NCBI RefSeq assembly: GCF_031769215.1
Contig: NW_026782320.1
Location: 1-64,000 of the forward strand
Source: Ylistrum balloti
Lineage: Eukaryota
Direction of reading: 5' to 3'
DNA: 64,000 nt
In this document: piece after piece, positions 1-12,484 of the stretch
Position numbering within the stretch: position 1 is the stretch's first letter
Layout of the letters: the number at the start of each line of letters is the position of its first letter
Notes under the pieces: model-generated
Database searches by the model: none
What the model saw: only the letters and a program-made list of their open reading frames with translations
Told to the model about the DNA's origin: nothing
Made by a program: the position numbers and the translations under genes

Positions 1-405
1 TGGTATCCTAGCGAGGCTGTCACAATTATGCGGAACGAATGCATATATATATAACTTGGAATTAACATGGAACGAAATGTCATCAACATCCCCTTTTCTT
101 TAAGAATGGAAATAGACATCAAATTTGGCACTTATTGTTAGCACAGTTCTTGAGGCTTTAATAAATTGTATAAAACTTATCACCAGTATATTACTAGCAG
201 TAGTCTTTGGATGCAGCAGTATAAAGACAGTTCTATAACCTGTAATAACTAAAATGTTCAGAATTACACCATTACTTTATGAGATTAATTCTTTGAACAT
301 TAACACAAAATTAAACACTTGAACTTGAACACAGTTCCGGAACACCTAAAAAGTAAAAACTGGATCGAATTGCATCAGTCACACATCACTAGCGCACATA
401 GTCCT

Positions 406-2253
406 TCAAATAGGCTGGCTCGCGAATTGTCCTTGCTGGTCGTGATGATTGCATAATGCCAGGCTCGGCCTTGGGTGCACTCGGAGTGTCTGATTGTCCA
501 ACACTGGTCGCGATCGGAGTATTGTTTCCAGGCGCGGTTTGCTTGGTACCGATATCGACATCACGCGGCCCACATCCTCGTTGTTGACAACCACACCATC
601 GTATTGAGATGATTTGATAGGCTCACTTTTCACTGGACGTGTTGGCGTGTGATCACGAATGTTCACGTTCACTGTAGTTGGGCGTAGATGAACACGATTT
701 CTACGATAAATCGCACCATTGGGAGTTTGAAGCGTGTACGACCTATCAGCCACTTCATCTATTATCTTTCCTTGTCTCCAGATATCAGACGGGAATTTCT
801 TGTAGTACACATTCTGTCCTTTCCTCAGTTTCGGGAGTACTCGAGACTTCTTGTGGTAGTTACGTTTGACAATATCTCTACGGGTCATAGCTTCGACGTC
901 ACGCGGTTTTTGATGTATTGACGGCAACATAGTGCACGTACAATGTCCGAACATCATTTCGGCAGGACTCTTGCCAGTGTCCTGCCTTGGAGTATTTCTC
1001 AGTTCCAAAAGAGCTTCATATTGGTCAGATCCATCACGCAAGCACTTAATCATCATATGTTTGATGATCTTTACGGCTGATTCTGCCTTGCCATTACTCT
1101 TGGCGTAGTTTGGTGATGAGACCTTGTGATGGATTCCCCAGGATTTAACAAATTTGGCAAAGTCGTGGGAGGAGTACTGAGGTCCCCCGTCCGATACAAT
1201 TTCCGACGGTACACCAAATCGGGCAAATTGCTTCTTCAGCACATTTATTACTTTGTTCGAGGTAGTTGACGTCAGGTGCTCGACTTCAATGTAGTTGGAG
1301 TAGTAATCAACACTGACGATGTAATTACGCCCCTGAATTTCGAACAAATCGGTCCGATCTTTTCCCATGGAGTACCCTCTGTATGTTGTTTCAAGCTTTC
1401 CTGCGGGTTACTAGGTTTGAGTTCTTGACATGCCTCGCAGGCATCTGCCATTTGCTTGATATCTTTGGCCATGCCGGGCCAAAATATGGTGCCTCGTGTC
1501 CTACGCATCATACTATCATAGGCAAGATGAGCACTATGTAGTCTGGCTTTCATGTCCGCGCGTAACGATTGCGGGACGGATTCACCTTTCATCACAATAC
1601 CATCATGATATCCTAACGTCAGCGGCAAATTGCCTTGTCACTTCAATGCCATTTGTCTTGCATCGGGAATGTTACTGAAAGTACAGACATGATTCTCGGT
1701 CGCGGTTCAGTTTGAAACCACATCAACGCATCAGCAATGGTCAGGCAAATTGGAATTCGAAATCATATCGGTTCAAACGCACTAGAATGTTCTGTAGTCG
1801 TTTTGGCGCATCACTCAGTGGCTTTTCCAGTATCGATGCTAACGGTTTGTGATCATTTTGGATTGTAACGGCTCGTCCATACGTGTACTGATCAAAACGC
1901 TGGAGACCAAAAAGTACAGGGCCTCCTTCTCTATCTGTGCCCAGCTCAGATGTGTAGGGATGTGATGCAAATTCTATGGGTTGTCCACATTGCATCAGTA
2001 CGGCGCCAATTCCATGCTGAACAACGACTTCCTTGTTGGCGTCGAAATAAGCCAATTGTGCTTTCGTGGTTCGACTTGCGAACATGACATGACCAGTTCC
2101 ACTCCACATCTTTGCGCGTCAATGCACGAATGGGTTCGAAACTTGGCCACGTATTGCAAAATCGTTTCACACCAGAGACATCCTCGGGAGCTGGCCATAA
2201 TTGCCTTGATCTTCTTGTCTTCGGGCTTCACACCATCACTGGTTATCGAGTGA
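406..2253 (-). pseudogene. Gypsy-1 RNase H and integrase, frameshifted
   Basis: RH motifs (QNDHKPL), H2C2 (HSAH...CEAC), rve core (VDYYS, SDGGPQY, NGKAESAV) spread over several frames. Confidence 0.92.
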
Positions 2254-2364
2254 CCATGGAATGAAATCTCGCGTAGGCCAAAAGCCTTTTTATCCTCATT
2301 TAGAGTGATGTTCTGCTCCTTACACCGCTTATAGAGAGAGCGTAGTTTCCGGTCGTTGTCGCGA

Positions 2365-4161
2365 TTAGCTGCAATCGTCGCTTCCGCAACCGGCTACAAT
2401 GATGTCGTCCGCTATCGTGAAGACTCCATCTAAGTCACCTAACGCTTCAGTTATTTTCCTGTGGAAAATTTCGCTGGACACCTTGAGTCCGAAAGGTAGT
2501 CTCGCCCAACGAAAACGACCGAAAGGGGTTATCATGGTTGTGAGCTTGCTAGACTCCTCGTCAAGTCTCACGTGCCAATATGCGTCCTTGACATCTAGCT
2601 TGCTAAAACATCTAGCCTTGCTTAACTTTGGCAATACATCATCCAACACTGGGAGTTTGTGGTGTTCACGCATCAACGCCGTGTTAAGGGCTTGAGGGTC
2701 GATGCAAATGCGCAGCTTTCCATTCGACTTGTGAACAACTGCCATTTGACTTACCCATGTGGTAGGTTCTGTGACTGGTACGAGAACATTGCGCGCGACT
2801 AATGAGTCGAGCTCGCGTTTGACCTCATCCTGTAGTGCGATAGGGATTTTACGACATGGCAAGGCTTTCGCAGGTATCTCCGGGTTGACCTTGAGAGATG
2901 CTTCACCGAGATCTCCAAGTTGTTGTTGGTTCACAGCAGCAATAATCTTACTGTTATTTATTGTTACTAGTCCCATTTCTTGAACTGTCTGTAGTCCAAG
3001 AAGACACATTAGCCCATTAGGTACCACCACAAAAGTCACATTGTGTGCCTCACCAGTTTTCGCATTAGTCACCTCCAGATCCGCTTCACCAAGGGGTTTC
3101 AAATCTGACTTATTCCACATCTTCAATGTTATAGATGTAGGTCGAACTTGAGTTTTTCTCACAAACTTCTGATTGATAGTGTTCACATCTGCAGCACTGT
3201 CGAGTTGGAATCGAACCTCCTGCTCGTTCACTATCATGCACGCTGACACATTCTGATGTGGCTTGGATTTCACAGCTGATAGCCAATGATAATTGTCGTC
3301 ATCACTATCCTCACACTGTGTATCATTCCCTTCAACCAAATGTATCTTTTTACATTTTATTTTGAAGTGGTGTCTCCCCTTACAGTGGTCGCAGACTTTC
3401 CCATAGGCTGGGCATTTATACTTATTACGTTCATGTTTGCCCCCACAAAAATCACACTCACCATGTCTGTCCTCCGGTTTTTTGGGTCTGCTGGGTTTCA
3501 CAGAGCGTCCAGCACCAGGTTTCTTATTTTCGTCATTGGAATGTTGACTCCGATTACTGTTACTGGTTTTACGATGAGCCTTTGTGACTTTGTTTACTTT
3601 AGTAGCGACTGACACACCGCCATCCCTCAATTCTTTCACATGATTTGCTGACTGTTCAAAAGCACGACACAGTTTAATAGTTCCTTCTAGAGTGTTACTG
3701 TCGTCTTTCAATAACTGTAGCTGAAGCTTACCTTGACATGAGAAAATAATCTTGTCTCTGATCAGACGATCCTTCAAGGCGCCAAAATTACATCGATCGG
3801 CCCTGTGTCTCAACTCCGTAAGGAAAATGTCGAATGGTTCCTGCCACAGTACACACCAGAATCTGTGTTATTCAATAACCTCATTCGCTCGGGGATTACA
3901 GTATTTCTCAAGTTTTTTGAGTACTTTATCGGGATCCTTATCATCATTCTCGTTATCCCATGTGAATTGATCAAACAGTTCAACCACGTGTGGACCCGCA
4001 CAATGCAAAATAATAGCAACTTGGGTTACATTGTCCTTCGCCGCGGTACCGCTCGCCGACATGTAAATTTCCACTTGTCGTTTCCATTTCCGGAAATTTT
4101 CGGCAATATTACCTTCCGTAATGTTTAGTTTCTCCGGCAAACGAAATGCTGCTTCTGCCAT
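2365..4161 (-). pseudogene. Gypsy-1 gag-protease-RT with in-frame nonsense codon (TAA 3868-3870)
   Basis: ORFs 3868-4161 and 2365-3813 share a frame. Zn knuckles CDFCGGKH/CDHCKGRHH, protease LDSAAD, RT LPFGL...ADD. Confidence 0.92.
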
Positions 4162-4170
4162 GTTAAGTTT

Positions 4171-4183
4171 ACCGCTGCCACCA
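4171..4183 (-). promoter_or_regulatory. Primer binding site, tRNA-Leu(AAG/TAG) type
   Basis: Minus strand TGGTGGCAGCGGT is complementary to the animal tRNA-Leu 3' end ...ACCGCTGCCA-CCA. Confidence 0.85.
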
Positions 4184-4402
4184 TGTGAATAACTATATCT
4201 GGTCTAACAGGACCGACAGAATACAGATAACACTAACACGTGTAGCCGGCATGATCTACTGTATTCGACTGAAGCACATGGTACCACATAGGTAGACACA
4301 AAATTGGGATTGGTATCCTAGCGAGGCTGTCACAATTATGCGGAACGAATGCATATATATATATATAACTTGGAATTAACATGGAACGAAATGTCATCAA
4401 CA
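4184..4402 (-). repeat. 5' LTR of Gypsy-1 (219 bp)
   Basis: Begins TGTGAAT, ends CATCAACA; 4312-4402 is repeated at 1-88; directly adjacent to the PBS. Confidence 0.93.
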
Positions 4403-4731
4403 GTTCTGACCTGGACCTTGTGAATACTGTAATTTCTGAAAATAAGATATCAGGAAGTATTAATCAGCATTTCATTGAGATGGCCACGTATAGTCTGTTT
4501 CATGTACATGTACATATTTACGCATAACTCTACATCCCCCTTTTTGGGTATTCTACGAGAAATATGGAATTATCTCACAACATTAACTAAATGTAATGAA
4601 CTCAATAAAGCTATTCAAATTATTAATGTCTCGAAGTTATCTTTTGACCAGTCTTTGCAATGAACACATTTCAAGAGCTACCTACTCAAAAAATTAAAAT
4701 CTAGGAATTAACACAGTCAATCATCTAAAGT

Positions 4732-7703
4732 TCACAAGTCCATCCGGTTTGGAGCAACCGAGACTCTGCCTGAGCGAGTAGTGATCACGTTATCACTTCT
4801 AGAACCTACACCTATCTCTGAACTATTACTGACATGAACAGATGCATTTGACACAGTCTTTGACTTTGGAGACCCAGCTGGCTTTGGAGCCTTTACTGGG
4901 GTATTATACATAGTCTCTGCATTTGGTTCCTTCACATCACTGGGAAGGTCTCCGCATCCGGCACTGGTGTGCGGGTTGTCCGCCCTCATAGCTGGAGCTT
5001 GGACCAGCTGTCTCCTGTTCCGACGAATCTGACCTGACGGTGTACTGACGAAGTATGAGCGATCATTCATTGACTTAGTGATCGTTCCACTGAACCCTCC
5101 ACCGGGTCCCTTCACCCACACTGTTTCTCCAGGGTGTAGTTCCGGATGTTGAACTGTGCGATGTGATCGATCAAAGTGGTGTCTTTGGGATGTTCGATCT
5201 ATCCGTTCCTTGTCTCGAACATACTCAAGATCTGGCCACTTAGGAGAGAGATTAGCTGGACTCTCCGGAAGAGTTGTACGGAGCTTCCGGCCCATTAGTA
5301 GTTCGGAAGGACTGTAACCGTTCCGTAACGGCGTAGCACGATATGCTAGCAATGCTAGATACGGATCTTGAGAGCCACTAAGTAGACGTTTCATTGTCTG
5401 AACTCCTCTCTCAGCTTTCCCATTCCCTTGAGGGTAATGAGGGCTACTGGTTGAGTGATTGAATCCAGTCTTTCGCAAAGTCCTGAAATGTTGAACTAGC
5501 GTATTGTGGACCGTTGTCCGATATGATAGTCTCTGGTATTCCATGTCGCGCGAACATCGATTTGAGATGCGTTACTATCGCCTCTGATGTTGTGGAGCTC
5601 AGCTTAGCGATCTCTATGTACCTAGAGAAATAGTCAATCACCAGTAGATAGTTGACTCCTTTCCAGTAGAAAAGATCTGATCCCAATTTTTGCCAGGGAC
5701 GATCTGGGAAATCTGTAGGCATGAGAGGTTCTGGTCTCTCTATCCTGTGCTTAAGACATGATGGACAAGTTTTAACAATATCCTCGATCTCTCGGCTGAG
5801 ACCAGGCCACGGCACTTTACAATGCCCTGGTGTCCCTCGTGTAGTTTCTGTAATACTTCTGCTCTCATAGATGAAGGAATGACAAGTCTACTTCCTCTCA
5901 TAAGCAAACCATGACACACTGAAAGTTCCTCCCTCAACTCTCAGTATGGTCTAGTGGAGACGGTGATCGTAGGATGTTCATATCCGGGCCATCCATCCTG
6001 ACAGTAATTCATAATGATTTTACAAACACTGTCTTCTTGTAGTTTCAGACGAATTTCCTTAAGGCGATCTTCTGTTGCTGGCAGATCGTCTACAATAGCG
6101 TCAACATAAGCTTCAACTTCGTTTTGAAACTCCTCCTCAGATCCTTGCTGATCCAAAGGGGCTCTGGACAGAGCGTCCGCGGTATACAGTAATTTACCGG
6201 GCACATGCGCGATGCTGTAGTCATATCGCATATGGCGCATCCTAAACCTCTGAATCCTTGGGGGTAAATCAGAGATTGCCTTGGAACCTAGTAGGGAAAC
6301 CAATGGCTTGTGATCGGTCTCAATATGGAAGTGTATTCCTGTGAGCAAGTCTGACGACTTCTCGCACATCCAAGTTACAGCGAGTGCTTCCTTCTCCAGC
6401 TGTGCATACCGCTGTTCTGTAGCGCTCATAGATCGTGATGCGTATCCGACCGGCCTCCAGTCGTCCTCACCACTGTCCTTATGACGTTGGAGTATGACGC
6501 CCCCTATACCGTAAGATGATGCATCCGCAGAAATCTTGGTAACTGCCATGGGATCATACAATGACAGTACTGGCGTAGAGCTGAGGTCCTGTTTGATTAA
6601 CTCAAATGCCCGTGATTGAGGTTTGTCCCACATCCACGCGCTATCCTTCTGTAGTAAGTCACGGATTGGTTTGGAATGCTCTGCTATGTTTGGGGTGAGA
6701 ATCTTCCAAGCTGGTTCACCATTCCCATAAATCTTCTCACCTCAGTAACATTTGTAGGAGCTTCAAAGTTCACAATAGCTTTAACCTTTGCAGGGTCTGG
6801 GCGAATTCCTGCCTCATCTATGACGTGACCGACGAAAGTGACTCTTTTCTGGGAGAACTCGCACTTGTCGCTATTTAAGGTAATACCCGCTTTCTCAACT
6901 TTCTGTAACACAGTATCTAGACACAGATCATGTTCCTTCTGGGAAGTTCCAAATATCAATACATCGTCCATCTGACAGACAACTCCAGGCACATTATCTA
7001 GTAGATTACACATCCTTCGTTGAAAGTGTTCAGGTGCCGATGATATGCCGAAGGGTAGGCGGTTGAAACAGTACCGACCAAATGGGGTTATGAAGGTTGT
7101 CAACAATCTTGAGGATTGTTCTAGTGGAATCTGCCAGAATCCTGAGTTTGCGTCGATTTTAGAGAAGACTTTAGCTCCTGTCAATCGATGTAAAGTCTGT
7201 TCTACGCTTGGGAGTTGCAGGTGTTCCCGGCGAACCGATTTGTTGAGTTGTGTAAGATCAACACATATACGGACAGTTCCATCCTTTTTAGGTACCACTA
7301 CTAGACCTGAGCACCAATCCGTTGGCTCCTCGACAGGGGAGATAACCCCTAAGCTCTCCATCCTGGCAAGTTCAACCTTGACCTTGTCCATAAGTGGAAG
7401 TGCTACGCGCCTTGGCGAAGTGAGAGCAAATGGTGTGGCATCGTCGCGAAGTTTGATAGTGTAGTCGCCTTGAATCTTACCAAGTCCACTAAACAATTTC
7501 GGATACTTTTCCTGAATACCTACAGTTGCCTGTACTGAAGCCACTGTTTTCACAAGGTTGAGCTTTTCAATAGCTGGTCGACCTAGTAAAGGCTTACTCA
7601 ATGTCTTGATGACATAAATATCTGTCTCAGCCCGAGTTCCTTTCTCAGTAGATAATGTACTTGAAAATTTTCCCAACACTTTGAGACGGTTCTGACCTGG
7701 ACC
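4732..7703 (-). pseudogene. Gypsy-2 pol (protease C-terminus, RT, RNase H, integrase), frameshifted
   Basis: GPGQNRLKVLGKF; RT LPFGISSAPE/QMDD; RH DASSYG/TDHKPL; IN SDNGPQY/NGKAERGV across ORFs 6684-7742, 5941-6633, 5444-5815, 4732-5544. Confidence 0.93.
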
Positions 7704-7792
7704 TTGTGAATACTGTAATTTCTGAAAATAAGATATCAGCAAGTATTACTGAAAATAAGATATCAGCAAGTATTAATCAGCATTTCGTTGAG

Positions 7793-8794
7793 ATGGCCAC
7801 GTATCAGGTACAACCCCCAGAAAATTTTACGTTCACTAAACCTGAGGAATGGCCCAAATGGCTGAAAAGGTTCGAACGGTTTCGAGTAGCGGCAGGGTTA
7901 GGAGCCAAAGAGGGCCCAATCCAGGTCAACACATTTATATACTCGATGGGAGGTCAGGCTGAAGATATTATCAAGTCGTTTGGTCTGTCTGATGATGACG
8001 CGAAAGATTACAGGAAGGTTGTAGAAAAGTTCGACAATTACTTCATAACCAGACGAAATACTATATTTGAGAGAGCCAGGTTCAACCACAGAAGACAAAA
8101 CGAGGGCGAGTCTGCAGAAAGCTTTATTATGGCACTGTATGCATTAGTAGAGCACTGTGAGTATGGAGATTTGAAGTCAGAGATGATAAGAGACCGTATC
8201 GTTGTAGGCATTCGCGATAGTCGGTTATCAGAGAAACTACAGCTTGACGCAACACTTACTCTGGAGAAGGCCGTAAACCAGGTACGACAGTCAGAGGCGG
8301 TCAAGAAACAACAGGCAGTTGTAAGAGACAAAGACCCTATTGCAAGTAGTAGTCAGGCAAATAACAGTGTGGATGTGGTGTTCCGGAAAGGCAATAAACA
8401 CAAATTCTCAGGAAACCGGAAGTCGTCAGAAAACCGGAAGTCCACAGAAAACCGGAAGTCATCTGATACTCGGTCAAATCCAGAATGTCATAAATGTGGA
8501 TTTAGACACAGGAAAGGGAGCTGTCCAGCGAAAGATGCAGAGTGTCGGAAATGTAAGAAAAAAGGTCATTATGCGAAGAAATGTCGTTCGACAGTCGGTG
8601 AATTGCAAACCTTTTTAGGAGCAGTAGAGAGTGAAGGAGCCTTACCATGGACCATAGATCTAGTGGTTCAGACAGGTCAAAAGGATACACTAGTACGGTT
8701 CAAGATTGATACAGGGGCAGATGTTACAGCTATACCCGAGAGTGTCTTTCAACGAATCGGTCAGAAGTTGGAACACTCAACAAGAATTCTAAAA
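7793..8794 (+). pseudogene. Gypsy-2 gag and protease N-terminus, inverted relative to pol
   Basis: MATYQVQPPENF...; CCHC knuckles CHKCGFRH/CRKCKKKGH; protease IDTGAD; ends STRILK, whose natural continuation GPGQN is on the opposite strand at 7703. Confidence 0.9.
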
Positions 8795-8830
8795 GATCCA
8801 AGTGTTTGTCAAGTGTCAACCCACATAACA

Positions 8831-8846
8831 TGGTGTCAGAATGTGG
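8831..8846 (+). promoter_or_regulatory. Primer binding site, tRNA-Leu(CAA) type, after an LTR 3' end (...CATAACA)
   Basis: TGGTGTCAGAA immediately after a CA terminus. Confidence 0.75.
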
Positions 8847-9243
8847 AAATCATCAGTCGAGCGGTAAGAGGTTACCATCGCAGTGAAGTCATGCGATATA
8901 AACAGTTTTAATGTGACTTTCACGCAGTACTCAGCGGCAGTATCTCGCACACGTGGTTTGGCTCATGTATTCTCAGGTCTATCAGTCGGAGGTGGCGACT
9001 ACGATTTGAACTTTGATGTGGTATGATTGAATACTGTAATTTCTGAAAATAAGATATCAGCAAGTATTAATCAGCATTTCGTTGAGATGGCCACGTATAG
9101 TCTGTTTCATGTACATGTACATATTTACGCATAACTCTACAATAATGATTTATCGTCTCTATGACTCTGCCCGTGGCCGGGCATTGTCCAATCTATTGGA
9201 ACGGACATTTATTATAGAATTCAGATTAAAAATACGTAACAGT

Positions 9244-10168
9244 TGTATGGAGATTTAACCCACCACCAGCATAGCAAGGAACAACTGCCAAGCAATCTTC
9301 TGTGGAAACACGTTTATTTACAAACCCACATGGTTGTTGTAATGATAACTCATAAGATGGCGGACTGTGAACAAGTGTTTTATTCCCATAACGAGGCTCA
9401 CACAAGAACCTATGACGTAACACACACACAATACAAGTTATACTAATAACTGCAATAATTAGATGAACAACATGCGTGTGATATCATTACATCTCCCCCC
9501 CCCCCCCCTTTTTGAGATAATTCATAATTATTAATACACTATTCATTATTATCAATATGCTATTATGTTATATAGTGTTACTATTAATGAATAAACAATT
9601 AAAATTTAGAAAAATTTTTTTTTTTTTCAAATTTTACCACAGTTCATTAACATGGATCTTTCTCTGTTTCCTTGCTGATCTTGGTAAATTTCTCGTCAGA
9701 GACTGCTGATACACTAAGAACTTCGTAGTCATCCTCCAGTTTTGTTGTGTCGTCAACTTCAGTCAAGTGTGCTCTACTCAAGGCATCTGCGACATGGAGT
9801 TCTTTTCCTGGTACATACTTTATGTCAAGGTCGTATGGTTGAATCTTCAATAGCATTTTCTGCAGTCTGGTTGGTGCTAAGTAGAGTGGCTTCCTCACTA
9901 TGATTTCAAGTGGTTTATGATCAGTCTGTACAGAAACTTTCTTTCCGTAAATGTATTGGTGGAATTTGCTTGTGCCAAACACTATTGCCAACATCTCCTT
10001 CTCTATTTGAGCATAATGTTTTTGTGCGGTTGTGAGAGATTTTGACGCATATGCCACTGGCTGGTTGTTTTGTAATAGCACTGCTCCAAGTCCTGTTGAG
10101 GACGCGTTGACTGACAATGTTACTGGTTGTTTAACATCGTAAAACTTGAGCACAGGTTGTACTGACAA
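9244..10168 (-). mobile_element. Gypsy-3 remnant: RNase H fragment, PPT and 3' LTR; integrase deleted
   Basis: ORF 9647-10168 is Gypsy RNase H (SVNAS with D>N, TDHKPL). PPT at 9492-9513; LTR start at 9491. Far LTR boundary (9244) is tentative. Confidence 0.75.
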
Positions 10169-10525
10169 AAGACAAGTCTGGCTTGTGGTACGTCAGGTTT
10201 ATTGGAGAAATAGTAAAAGCTGAAAGAAATTAAAGGTTGACATAAGTAATCTGTGTTGTGTTTTGATTCTTATTCAATTACAGATCTACAAGTGTACATA
10301 TTATAATTCTACACGATTTCTATACTATATAGAACAATGAAGTGCCTATGGCTTATCTAGAACATTTGACTACTTAAATTATCTAATTCTCACCTTGAGA
10401 TCATGAAACAAGTCACTTGGTAATTTTCATAAAAATGAGGGACATGTATCCTTAATATTTCTTACATGTGTACTGCACCAACACTAATGTCACATATTAG
10501 CAATTACATTAACATATTCTGTTAA

Positions 10526-11726
10526 TGTACCAAGACCGGAACAAAATTAATAATATACCTGGCTAACTAAACTAGTAATCAGCAATTATGACCAAATCGA
10601 ATCGTAGAAATGAGCCCCTTATACATGCGAGGCAAAGTTACCGCTTCAAGCTACGACACAAAGTGTGTTAACATACCTAAATTACTGTATTGCTTTACCA
10701 CTTAATTACAGTTATTATGGACAATAAATTCAATTATTTATGTAAACTTACACAGTATGGGCCACAATATAGCCGATAGATGGACAATATTTGGTCAGAA
10801 AACATCTGCTTTCGTTTTTCCCATGTGAACTAGAGCGGAAATCCGAAAATAGCAAAGGGCGATAACTCAATAAGGAGCGTTCCTATAGGTATCATGCACC
10901 TAAGTAGTGAAGACTGATAATAGTTCCAGCACACTCCTCGCCTGATATGTATATATCACTATCATTGCTATAAATTATATAACATTGCTCACCTGCTTTT
11001 TAACCAAAATAAACACAAAGGAATTTGAACAGCAAAATAACAAGATTTGCCTTGACGTTTTATAAGGGAAAGTTGGCCGTGTTCTCATTCACTACAGTCA
11101 AGGCACATAATTACATTTATAGCTTGATGAATGACACACTGTCATCTCAATCTCTGGGAACAAGTTCCACAACTTCTGCCACAGGACGGATAAAGTTTGA
11201 GATCTTTCCATCGCGGACAACGCGAAGTTCAACTTTACGTACTAGTTCGTCAGTACTAGGGATCACGCGTGTAATGACTCCCAATGGCCAGTCATTCCAT
11301 ATTACCTGCGAATCCTTCATTATGATTACATCACCGACCTTGATATCCCGCTCTTTCTCCTGCCACTTCCTTCTAGGTTGCAAGGTAGCCAGGTACTCTT
11401 TCCGCCATCGTGACCAGAATCTTTCTGTGAGAACTTGGACCTGACGCCACTGCGAATGGTACATGTCTTTAAGGCTCAGATGTTGGAAGGTCTCAACCTG
11501 ACCTTCTGATTTTTGAGTAAGCAGTACAGAGGGTGATAAGACGAATGGCTGCTCTGGGTCAGATGAAACCGGCACTAAGGGGCGCGCATTAATGATGGCG
11601 GCTACCTCCGCGAGGAGGGTGGTGAGGACTTCATGGGTGAGGTCTTTCCCTCTCCTTTCCAGCAACATTGCATCCAGGATCCTGAGAGTTACCCCAATCA
11701 TGCGCTACCATACACCTCCGAAGTGG
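10526..11726 (-). mobile_element. BEL/Pao 3' fragment: integrase C-terminus (DUF5641-like), PPT and LTR
   Basis: HFGGVW*RMIG...RWRKEYLATLQPRRKW...WPLGVITRV. Minus-strand TCAGGCGAGGAG-TGT PPT/LTR start at 10933. Far LTR boundary (10526) is tentative. Confidence 0.85.
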
Positions 11727-12480
11727 AATAAAAGTTGGGTCTATTTCAATATGATGTTTGTAGAATGATCCTTGTAATCCACTAAAAACATCTGAATATT
11801 CCTTCAGGATATCTGTGTTTTGTTTTGTTTCTGTGCTAACAGCATCAACTTTCTTTACAAGATTCAACTCTTGACATGACAAAAGTCCAATAACAGGGGT
11901 GACGTCTTGCTCAACGACATGACAATCTAGCACGTAGTATCTATTCTTGTACTCGCACTGAACCATTGCACGACCAACGGTTTGAATTCTCTCCCCTGTC
12001 AGTGTATACAGTTTTTTGACATTCTTTCTACTCACTGTTTTTCCACCTGCAGCTATGTAGTCTTTTTTCGAGATCACATTACACTGAGCCCCTGTGTCTT
12101 TTTTAAATTTCACAGATTCGTTTTTCAGTCGAAGGTTTACAAACCATTCATCATTATTTGTCACTGACTCTGTGCTGACTTTGTCCTTTTGTACAGTTCC
12201 AATAAACAGATATTCAGTGTCATCGTGTGTATCTATCACCTGTACCTTTCCCTTTCTATCTGAACAACAGTTAATTCTAAATTCTACAATTAACACAGTT
12301 CATAAATCTGATTCAGATACTGTTAACTTCCTTGGATAAGGTACTTCTGTTAGACTGTCGCTGTTTGTTCTTAAGGTAGACACACCACGGCACTTTAAAC
12401 ACATGTCCCTGTCCACAACTGATGATTCATCCAGAGTCAGTGTTCGTCTTTTTTTTTCTTTCTTCTTCTTTGTTCAAGAC
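11727..12480 (-). pseudogene. Gypsy gag-end/protease/RT-start fragment
   Basis: VKFKKDTGAQCNVIS protease motif, then YSDVFSGL...HHIEIDP; fused to the BEL fragment at about 11727. Confidence 0.8.
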
Positions 12481-12484
12481 AGTG

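Larger units (their letters stand above)
1..4402 (-). mobile_element. Gypsy-1: decayed Ty3/Gypsy (Mag/Steamer-like) LTR retrotransposon; 3' LTR cut by the window edge
   Basis: 5' LTR 4184-4402 (TG...CA) matches 1-88 apart from AT-microsatellite length. PPT at 89-100. PBS ACCGCTGCCACCA at 4171-4183. gag-pro-RT-RH-IN fragments with stops and frameshifts. Confidence 0.95.
4403..9141 (-). mobile_element. Gypsy-2: Ty3/Gypsy element with inverted, permuted gag segment
   Basis: pol on minus strand (4732-7703) with PPT at 4535. gag-protease on plus strand (7793-8794). LTR 5' end copies at 4492-4534 and 9099-9141. LTR 3' end plus PBS on plus strand at 8795-8846. Confidence 0.9.

Noticed and set aside
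3813-3870. Programmed gag-pol frameshift in Gypsy-1
   Set aside because: The flanking ORFs are in the same frame and the break is inside gag; it is a premature TAA.
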